64,000 nt of DNA, taken from the NCBI GenBank assembly GCA_002633005.1, contig NMRA01000002.1, forward strand, positions 1,336,077-1,400,076, given 5' to 3'. Numbering within the stretch: position 1 is the first letter of the stretch; the number at the start of each line of letters is the position of its first letter. The notes beneath the pieces are model-generated. The model did not search any database, had not been told where the DNA came from, and saw nothing but the letters and a program-made list of their open reading frames with translations. Source of the DNA: Phoronis australis. Its lineage: Eukaryota > Animalia > Phoronida. Of the stretch, positions 37,181-47,700 are shown one piece after another. Made by a program: the position numbers and the translations under genes.

Positions 37181-39063
37181 TTAGTAGTAGTAATAATATT
37201 TATTTAAAAGTCGGCAAGGTTTAACAATGAAACATTAGCACAAGTGCTATTATCCGACAATTTTTAAAATCTACAAAATGAAAATACAGAAAACTAAAAT
37301 ACAAACTAATTCTACAGTATGGAGAATATACAGAACTTAAACTAGGTCATGGTATTAAAGCGTTTCACATAGAGACAGTTTTCACCTCTCAGACCGTATC
37401 CAGACTCTATAAATTCAAGCTTTCCTGACAAAGGACAGGGCCCAATAACATGAACATTTTTGAATACTTCAATAGATAAACATTTCATCCGCCGACTAGT
37501 TAGAGAGCAGCTCCTAGCCTTATCTAAGAGTTGTGAGTAGCTTGACTCGCTGTCATTGAACACAAACTTTTAAGCACGGTGTTGAATCTTTTCCGTTTTC
37601 TTACTTTTCTGTATTCCACATAGGAGCCAAACGAGGAGGCAGTGATTAAAATAGGATCTTATAAATGCATAATATAACTTAAGGTTACTCTTTGAGCCTA
37701 AAACATTACGAAGACAGAACAAGGCATTCATTTGTCTAGAAGCTTTTTTGCAAATAATGTCAATGTGCTCATGGAATTTTAACTGGCTGTCAAGTTGGAC
37801 ACCCAGAAGCTCATCTACTCTTCACACCCAATCCTAGTATCACCAGACATGAGATACCTATCATTATTTTGTACACGACTCTTAGAAAAGATGATCGACT
37901 TAAATTTACCAGGGTTTACAGCCATTCCATTAGAGGAGAACCAATCCATTGCCATCTGCCCAGCTACCTTGAGGCTGAGGCGAATAGAAGATATTGAGGA
38001 GCCTGCTTGCATGAGGGTATTGTCATCAACGTAATAATATAACTTACAGTGGCTGCTTATAGCGTAAAATATATCATTTATAAAAATGTTGAATAACATG
38101 GGGCCTAAGACAGACCCTTGGGGAACGCCCTTGGGGACATTTAACCAGTCACTGATAGTGGAGCCAATTTTCACACTCTCATCCTTCTATCACTGAGATG
38201 GGACATTATGAGGTTACATGTATTCAATGTGCAGCCATATGCTTTTAGTTTGGCAACAAGGAGCTCATGGGGGAGGCAATCAAAAGCCTTAGACAGATCA
38301 ATTAGTATGCACCCAGCAAATACATTATTATCCTGAGCTAACCTTACATCTTCAGTTGGATGCAACAAGACATCCTGACAAAAACCTTTACAGAAAGCAC
38401 ATAAATTTTCATTTACAATTTCATCAAAATGTAGTTTCAACTGGTCTAGGATAAGTCATTCAAAAACTTGGTTGACAGCAGTTAGCACGCTAACTGGTCT
38501 AGAACAGGATTTATCCATTCGGTCCACTTTCTTAAATACTAGACTAACCTGACTTTTTTCAACAAAGAGGGATACTCATTGGAGGCTATACACTTGTTGA
38601 ATATGGGTGCTAGGGACTTGCACATTGCATGAGCGCCATACTTGAGGAATCTTGGATGTAATGAGTCATAACCCATCGATTTATTTATCCCTTCAGTTTA
38701 CGCAGGACGTCGTTTTCAGTGACAATTGAAAAGCTGAGGCACTGTCGTTTCGATCGTTCTCCACTTTTGGAGAGAATCGAGGTGACACTGGGATGAGAAG
38801 TATAGCCATTGTAAGAGTTTACATTTGGAAACTGGGATTGATTCCACTGATTCAAAACAGTAACTATCAAAGATATCAACTAGCTTATCAGCATCTGTGA
38901 CAACTTGAACATTTTCATACAACATAATCCCATTTCTGACTGTTCCTTCACAAACAAAAGGCTTGACACTGCCCCAGAAGAGCTTTGAATTGCACGATCG
39001 AGTTATTGATGTCACTGTTTGTTTGTTTGTCCAGAAATACTGGCATATGGATTTGCTTTTCAA
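37181..39063 (-). mobile_element. 5'-truncated, decayed non-LTR retrotransposon (CR1/L2-group reverse transcriptase) in TLC intron 1
   Basis: Frameshifted ORF pieces 39063-38685, 38440-38171 (IDLSKAFDCLPHELL), 38174-37815 (GVPQGSVLGPMLFNIFIND, YVDD) and 37563-37342. The 3' end has AATAAA plus a (TAT/TAC)n tail near 37181-37206. Confidence 0.9.
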
Positions 39064-39722
39064 TTATTCGAGTTGGAAGGAATTAAAGATACCGACGGCC
39101 TCCTAAGCCTAAGGTGCCAATGCGCAAATACTTACAACAGCGTGACTTTGTTCTTATAATCAGTGTGAGGCATAATTTGCCGAAAAGCTCCGGCATGTAA
39201 AGCTCTTATAAGGAGCCTTACCGTGTTGGGGCCAGCCAGAGACGGTGGTCATTGTCTACATGATGCCTATATTAACTTCTATTTTAATTTATTACTAATT
39301 TGATGAAAAAAAGTTAATGCAATAAATGATACTGGGAAACTCATATGAAAATTTTCATACTAATCTAACTAATGACAATGTCTTGTCAAAAAACCAACAA
39401 AATTCTAAACAAATGCAGGAGTGGTTATAAACTACCAGTTAGGAAACATTTCCCCGTGACACTGCCACCTACTAAGTATTGTCTAACATAAGGCCTGCCC
39501 AGCACTTGAGAGGGACCTTTTGCTCGGAATGAGTGGTTCATCCTAATCTTACTGCCCCCTGCCTGAAGACAGTATCGTTACGATTTACTTGTCTAATTGC
39601 CCCCTGCCCTGACAATATGACTTGCTTTCAATAACAGTTTGATTTAGCTTGGCAATTACAAAGTCAATGAAAAAGTAATTAGATGTAAATAATTAGGCAA
39701 TAATCAACCACTGAATGCTTAC

Positions 39723-39960
39723 TTAGAGAACAACCTTGGTAACCAGCATGCAAATATTAGCGAACCCGTTTGGGTGTTGGATTGAGAAAATGTTGTCGAA
39801 CGATATGGTTCCAGGTACACGCAAACGGCACAAAAGCAATAGAAGAACCAGAAAAGCCAACCGCAAGAGGACGCTAAAAACTTCCTGTTTGAAATTTTAT
39901 TTCCTGTGTTTTGATGCGTCTGTGGTTTTTCCACATTGGCGTCCCTGAAGTTTATAGTCG
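39723..39960 (-). other. Probable non-coding first exon of the TLC gene
   Basis: Strong donor AA|gtaagc at 39722 in a CpG-richer patch; the 5' limit is a guess. Confidence 0.4.
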
Positions 39961-40500
39961 TAACCATCCATTAAAATTTGTTGTGAGTATTTAACTCTGG
40001 AAGTAATGTCGTTCAGATTCTAACACATTCATACACGGAAGATTCTAATAAGCGAGGTCAAAGCCCAGTCTACTAGTCTAGAGTCTAGACAATGCGCTAT
40101 GGCCTTGTCAACTGCTGGCTACAGCCACAGGCACAGACAGAGGAGGCAATACTCATTCCATAGACGGATTATGAACTCACACTAATTAAATCATCAATGT
40201 CATGTTGCAATTAATAAGTACCTTTTGCATATAGAGAGACACTTTAGGAGGTTCTTGATGTTTTAACTCTTACCAACTCGAACAAATACACCCACAACAT
40301 TGGTAGTTACTGCCGGTTCTGGGAAGCAGAGATAGATAACAACTGGGAAGATTCCATTTTGCATATTTGCAAATTTGAAGCAGAAACGTACTGATTAAAC
40401 AGTAATGAACATTTCTGAACTTGATTAAATCAAATCACTTGTTGTCAGTAAGTCACAACAACTTCTAGAGACGTGTTGGAAAATGTTCAGTTTTGGGGTG
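39960..40500. promoter_or_regulatory. Putative bidirectional promoter between the TLC gene (-) and the PAW-BTB gene (+)
   Basis: Divergent donors at 39722 (-) and 40648 (+, aa|gtaagt) lie under 1 kb apart; both first coding exons start with acceptors and so need upstream exons. Confidence 0.4.
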
Positions 40501-41283
40501 TTTATCGTGGGTAGTACACACTTTCGTGTGCCAAGTTAGTAAATTGTTATCTGTCGCTTATAAAATTTTAGTCTCTTCATTTTTTATCAATGGTCTCTTT
40601 GGTGACACGGTTGGAAAGCCAAGAAACTGTATGTTTTATTACATTAAGTAAGTTTCTTCAGATATGGTTTTGTAAATTATTTTCCCATGCCTTCTCCCGT
40701 GGATCAAAAATTATTGAAAATTACCCTCAATTTCAAATTAAGCAGTTTTTGGTTTTCTGTGAAAACAGCTTGTTTATTATACATAATTAGTATCATCATG
40801 AGTCAGTCAGCAGGATACAGGGCTTTATCCAGGATTTCCAACTTGGCGTGTACAATTAACTGACTCAATTTTAGACAGTGAACAACGTCTATACTGGCAC
40901 CGATATGATGTCATATCATCTGACGTTCGCAGTGTGAAAATGGAGAGTTACCAATTTTGGAAACTGAACGAGGGACTGTTTGAAGAAAAGGTTTGATAAC
41001 GGGAGTATTTGTTCGAGTTGGAAGTAATTAAATACATCGACAGCCTGTTGAGGTGTCCCTCTATGCGCAAAAGGTATTTAAAATAACAAAGTGACTTTGA
41101 TGTTTTAGTCAGTGCGAGGCATCATTTGCCGAAAAGCTTCCAGCGTATGAAACGCCCATAGGAGCTCCACGGTCTCTACTGGCAGTGCCAGTAGACATGG
41201 TGGTCTCTGTCTAACTCAGTTTGAGATTCACTTAAGTATGCGCATCTTGTCTCTATGCACACATCTAGTACTTTTTCTTTGGA

Positions 41284-41395
41284 AAGTGTGGTGCTTTATG
41301 GTTCCAACAGTAGTAGTAATAGAATGAGTCTTCTTTGTAAAGTGTGGTGCTTTATGGTTCCAACAGTAGTGGTAATAGAATGAGTCTTCTTTGTA
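41284..41395. repeat. ~56-bp tandem duplication
   Basis: AAGTGTGGTGCTTTATGGTTCCAACAGTAGTRGTAATAGAATGAGTCTTCTTTGTA x2. Confidence 0.9.
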
Positions 41396-41642
41396 GAGTT
41401 TGAGAAGAGTGTCATAGGCACATTTTCAACCAACATTCATTCAACCTATTAAATTTCTTGAACTTCAGAAAATCAGACAATAGGCGACTTTACATTCACG
41501 AAGTGTCACTCTTTTGCTCTATTCTGCAATAGTCTAAGGGCTTCTTGAATACTGACCAGTATAGAGTACACACCATGATTTTTTGTTTCAGGGTTCCTGC
41601 AGATTGCCGTAGTTGTTGGTTGCTCGTTTTCTTATTGTTATC

Positions 41643-41762
41643 ATGGGCAATCAAAAATCACGTTCTTCAAGAAGCACACGAGGTGATGAAGGAGCTTCAC
41701 AGTCTCAGCATCAGACTGAGGATAGTTCACAAAGAGCAGTGTCTGTGCGTGCAACAAATCTT
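41643..41762 (+). CDS. Fusion gene coding exon 1: MGNQKSRSSR... low-complexity N-terminus with N-myristoylation consensus
   Basis: Acceptor tttcag at 41590-41591; donor CTT|gtaag; M-G-x-x-x-S pattern. Confidence 0.7.
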
Positions 41763-44700
41763 GTAAGGGAAATGATATGTATACATTTTATTTAATTTTG
41801 ATAAGAAACCACTTTGTTCCCGCTGTGTATTCTGTTTCATTATTTGGTAGAGAATCAATTTGGAATACTCTAGTTGCTTTTCTGATATTGATTACTAAAA
41901 GCTGGTAATTTCTAATTAATTTTATTTCATTGTGAAATTTTGGCAAGTCACTTACTTTACAAATGGATTCTGTAGCTTGTGAACTAATTATCCCCCGTCG
42001 CATGCATAGGGGATATGGTAATGGTAGACGTCATTCTATGTATTTGTCTGTCCGTGTTTCCAACCTTCTGTACATTCTGAGAAATGCTCTGTTCTCAACT
42101 TCTACACTTCTCATCGCATGTCCAATCAACATGCAAAATACCATACTTAGGAAATATCGTCAGAGTTTTGTAATTCGATCATATTTCCTTTTATTGTGTT
42201 TCATTCTTGATTTTCGCGCATGCATGTAGAAAAATGTTCTTTTGAGCACAATTACTCCTATATTGCCAGATTTGGACCAAAGTTCAGGGAGTTTACCGTC
42301 ATGAATTGTCCTGCTGCATGTCTTCAGTGTTTTGTGATTTGGCCTTATTTTCTTGAATTATGGACCATGTTTGATTTTCACACATACATGCAATGAAACT
42401 TTTGGTAGTGTACCCCTGTGGAGTATTCTAGCCCATATCGTCGACACTTAATACTCCGTGCATTTATCTCGGTCTTCTGTGAAATATATTTTTCTCAAGA
42501 GATTTCAACTATATTCGCCTGGATGGATGGTGAGTATGGTCATATTGTTGTTTTAATTTTCATTATTCCGCCTCTTGTATAGTGTTGGTGGTGTTTTTTT
42601 TTTGTCTACACAAATATTGTTGCAAGCGTCCACTCTGTTATCAGTTGTTATCTGTTCTTGTTCAATGATTATCTCATGAAGTGCTTGATGGATTTTGACA
42701 AAACGTGTCTCAGAGGTATATTGTCGAGGTCACTGCCAAACCAGTTTATTTCTGACATATTACCCTAGCTGTTGTTTATTGTCAAAACGGTTCACGAGAT
42801 TTTGATGAAACTCAGCACAACGTAAAGGATGGGGATGCTCCGGCGTCAATTGACTTGCCTGAATTGCATTTACCTCATATTGGTGGCATTTCACAATTTG
42901 ACATTTCAGACACCTATTATAAAATCTCACCAATTAAGGACACAAGATGGCAGATGAAAGAAATTTCATTTTTTTATTAATTTTTTTTCAGATATAGCAT
43001 CAAATTTTAATTTTAATAAAGTATTAAAATGCTTTATTTTCAAGTTCTATACTGCAGCTACCACTAGAAAAAATATTTTTAAAAAATTGCAGACCTTGAA
43101 AAACAGAAAATAGGATAATTTGTCAGTAATTTTTGTCTGAAATTGATGGGATTTTATCGTACATCTTCTTGATTTTTCACTCTTACAAACAAATTTGAGA
43201 AATGCCATTGGGTGTGAAACTCATGCAAAACATTCGACTGCTTTGTTCCAGGTTTTTTTTCAAAAAATCCCGATAGATATTTTATCCAGTTTGTTGCTGT
43301 GAAAAGGACGTTAGGTCTATGTAAGCCCCTTTGTTTGGTTTTGTTTTGGCTGGCTGCTTGTAAGACTTCCTCCACCTTTGGAGTGTGAGGAAATCTCCCT
43401 AGTTTTATACAGGTGGACAGTAGTGCCAAACTGAAGGACTCATCTTGTTTTCACTTGCAAACCTTCTGTGCGGCATGTGTTGTGAGACTGGATGGCAATT
43501 TTTTAGTGTTTATGTGGTATTTGTTCCTGAAATCATGAAGCTGAGCACGGCTGACCTATTATACTCCAAAACTTTAAATGAATTGTGTAATACTGCAAAA
43601 ATGCAGGTTGTGATGGTGTACTTGTATGAGTCGAGCCTCGAAAGTCACATCTGCGCACTGTCCCTGTTTACACGTTAGGTATGATTCTCCATCTTAGTGT
43701 CTCAGCACTGTCATTTCATAAGTATAGAAATCAGTCATCCAGGTGTTACCATGATACCTTTCACTAGGCGGGTTAGAAGTCCTTACATTGCAAGTGAACA
43801 ATTTATTGTTTTATATATCACACTCGAATTGCACAACAAGTATCAACCTGCGCACGTCGAAATTAGGACCGCATGAAAACATTTATCGGCGAATATAATT
43901 GCTTTCAAAAGAACTTATTCACTTGAAGATTCAACGTTTTATTATTCGCTTGTCACTTTGCCATTTGCATTTTTGTGAACTAAAGCATTCACTTATCTCA
44001 TTGACTGGATTTCCGGTCACTACTAAAATATGTGAAGTCATTAAATAGTTCAAAGTTTTTGAGTACAAGATGGCAGATGATTTGATTCATCATTGTTAGA
44101 GAAAGGTAAAAAGAGGCGTAGTATAGCCAGGTGAGACTGTTTATGGTTCCCTAAATATCTTAAGGGAAATTAATTGGGATAGTACTAGCACACTCAACAA
44201 GTATTTTTTGCCCTCCAATTTTTGTCAATTTCACAAATTTGTGAAAACATTTTGAATAACCCTTCACATCTATTTGACTATAATCCTTCACCTGCTTCTC
44301 CTCTTTGCTTTCAGGTATCACCTAAGTGTGGACAGTGGGCAGGTGTCTATTCACAGTATGGGCAGCAGTACCCATTCACTATGGATTTGCTGTTCTTTGA
44401 CGACCAGAGGGTCTCTGGCTCAGGCTTTGATGAAATCGGCCCGTTTGAAATACACGGAGATTTCAATCGACTGACAGGCCAGATCAGTTTTGATAAGAAG
44501 TACATAGGACGACATACTGTCCAGTATGCTGGTACAATTACGGACGAGGGTAAAAAAATTTCGGGTTTATATTGGAATTCTGATACCTTCGAGATGACGG
44601 TAGTTGTGGTGAGTGCATTGTGTCATGATGGCTTTGCTGGGGGTCATCCCTGTGTGTTTTTGTGACCACCTTGATCACACAAGCATTTTCATGCTTTGAC

Positions 44701-47700
44701 GTTTCATGGTCTATTCAATTTGTGCGGATTCCTGTATTGATGATGTTAATTGTCTGTGGAGTTTTGTGTGCAGTAATCTCATGGTCGTCTGACTCTCACA
44801 GAACTTAAAATTGTTTGTGTTGTATTCTAAAACAGCCAGCCCAAATAAAGTGTGAGAAGTCAGTCTGTCAAGCTATGTCAAAACTTTTCAGTTGTTTAGG
44901 GTCAATGTTTTGTATTTTCTACAACCTGTCTACTGAATAGTAAACCACCAGTGGTTGTTGCTGGCTGTGTTTTGAGTTACACGTGTTGAAGACATGCAAC
45001 AAATACACTTGCCAAGATTCACAATAACGAATCTGTATGAAATCTCATACAAATAACATTTTCAGACCACAGGGGAGGAGTGAATGATCGGGTATGGCCA
45101 GTTGCTGATAAATCGGGAAAACTACAACAATTTAAGCAACATTTCTGTTATTTTATGTGCCCACATAAGAATACATGTTCCTAGGTGCATATTGCTATCA
45201 CCTCTCCGGAGGATGGAGATCTTAAAGAGAGGGCATGGTTATCCCGGTGAGGGGAAGGGGTGGAGATATGGGGGGGCATAAAATGGAGACAGACGAGACA
45301 TGAAAGTGTAGTACTTCCAAAGTGGGCTTGTTGTTTGTTTGAGACAGTGTTTGTTATCGCTGAGAAAACCAAAAATAATGGTCACTGTGGTGATTAGAAA
45401 GTTTGTAAAAACAGGACAACTTTAACAAGTCATCAACAGACGGAAGATTGTGGGACTTTAATAATGGATCACCATAAATATGCTCCTTTTTGCTGTGCAG
45501 TTATTATGTAAAAATAATATCAGGCTGTCTGGTACACATTGTACCAGGCATGTGCAGGCCTCTCGGGTGGACCCATTGCACTGATCACCTGGAATCATTT
45601 TTGTGCTTTATTTTTCTGGCTATTTTTTTTCTGAATCAGTAAAATGTTCAGGCATTTGTTGAATACTCTGTGAAGCATATTACCTACTTACCTACCTACA
45701 GAGTGCGTAGTACATGAGATGGGGTAAAGTAAGTGACTTGTACCAATGTAGTCTGTCAGATGGGGTTAAATATTAAGTGACCTGCATGTTAAAAGTAAAA
45801 TGTGTTGACCAGATTCTTCATGTTCATGAAATTGTATTTGATATCTCTTTAACATATTAGTTATGAGTGAAGTGGTTGTGTAGTGGTGTTTCAAACAAAA
45901 GCTCAGTTCTGTATTAAGAAAACTGTGATGAGTGATTGATATTTAAGGTTTTTGTGCTGATGTGTATTGAGAGAAATGTTGCCAGCATACATAACAATAT
46001 CCCCAGATAGGTGGGAAAATTTAAATCATTTATGTTTAGAACAGTGCTGGCTAGGTTAGAGCCTAGAGACACCTGTTGTGATTTGAGGGAGAGATGAACT
46101 GTGTGTGGTTATGATAACAAGTATATTGCTACCTGTGATAACCCGTGTGTCATTTTTAATTCTGAATCCTTTATTTTAGTTTCAACGTTTGCGATCCCTT
46201 CTATGGGCATTATGTTTTTCGCTTTGGCCACTGTATCTATTAAGATCAGGTTTGAGTCTAATACTGGAATAAAAACTTACAAAAATTAGCGACGTTGCAT
46301 CCTTATCTCACTGACTTCAGCTTGGCTTGTGACGTTATCGTTATTCTAGCCAATTGGTGGTGTTTTGGCCAGACGGGGCAGCATCAACTTCAGAACACCA
46401 TCCCAAGCTGAAGTCCGTGAGATGCGGACGCAACGTTGCTAATTTTTGTAAGCTTTTATTCCAGTATTAGACTCAAACTTGATCTGTTTTTTCAACTGGA
46501 TGTCTCAAAATTTTCATGCTTGTATCTATTAAGTTCGATAGAGGATCTTCATGAAATTTGAGTGATATGATAGTAATTTCGTTGTCCTTTGTGGCAACGT
46601 TAATATGTACCAGGATTGCTCGTGCTAGTTTTGAGATGACTAATACTGCTCTCTGTAGACCCAATTTTAACTTTACATGTGTTGCGCAATCAAGTGCATG
46701 GAAATGTCTGAAAACTGAACACCTTTTTGATCTTTGGCGTTTACAATTATAGCAGTGGCTGTATGTCAAGGTCCCACCTTGCTCTTGTATTTTCCTAATT
46801 TCTTTTCGTGTTTTATTTGTCAAAATGCCCGGTAAATAGTTACTGAACTTGCACTAACAACTAATTTGTGTTGTTTCTTGATATCTGCTCATAGACCAAA
46901 CCAATCCAACCAATGGTGCTCAAAGTCACTGAAGCGGAACTGAGCACAGGAGTGCTTCAGGTCCAGTACAGCTGCAGCACTGACCAATATGTTCGACCAT
47001 ACAGTATGGATGATGACCGGTACACTGCTGGTTGGTCTAACTGTGTCTGGCTGGAGGAAAATATGTACAGAAAGGTGGAATATGACTGGCAAATGGTGAG
47101 AGGAAATTTCACATCATATTGTGTCTGGGCCTTATTAAAAAATGTTTTGGAAATGGTTCACATGCCAGAAAAAAATTACCTGGTTTTGCCAGGTTGGATT
47201 TTATGCAAAAGAATGCTCAGATCCATTTTTGGGTTTTCTTTCCAAAATAAAACAGTGAGTTAAATTTGCCTTGTAGGGAGTCAAATTATCCTGCATAATG
47301 TTTATAAACTGATTTTTGGTGGGCTAAAAAAACTGGAAGATTACAAGGAGTAAACTGTAAATTGATATTCATTTACATTTTGGCAGATTTACTGAGATAT
47401 TGTCACTCTGAGGCGTCGTGTTTCAGGTCTACTTGTCTAGATCGCCGGACACGTCTGCTGCAGACGTGGGCTGCATCTGCTGGAAGTTTGATTTAGGCGA
47501 CCATGAAATCGATCGTGTGAAACTAACTCTGAAATCAACCACTTTTAAGACCGGAAAGGTCTCGTGGTCACTTGAGACTGATGATTCACGAGTTGTGGAT
47601 GTAGATGGTGAGTAAATGCAATGAAATATTGACAGTATATTTCATTACCTCACAGTGTGGCCAATGAGTTATGGATGTACACGGTGAGCTAATTCAGTGA

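Larger units (their letters stand above)
39067..41213 (+). repeat. Diverged ~200-bp direct repeat pair (39067-39258 and 41012-41213)
   Basis: Shared blocks TTCGAGTTGGAAG.AATTAAA, GTGACTTTG, TCAGTG.GAGGCAT.ATTTGCCGAAAAGCT, GGTGGTC...TGTCTA. Confidence 0.75.
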
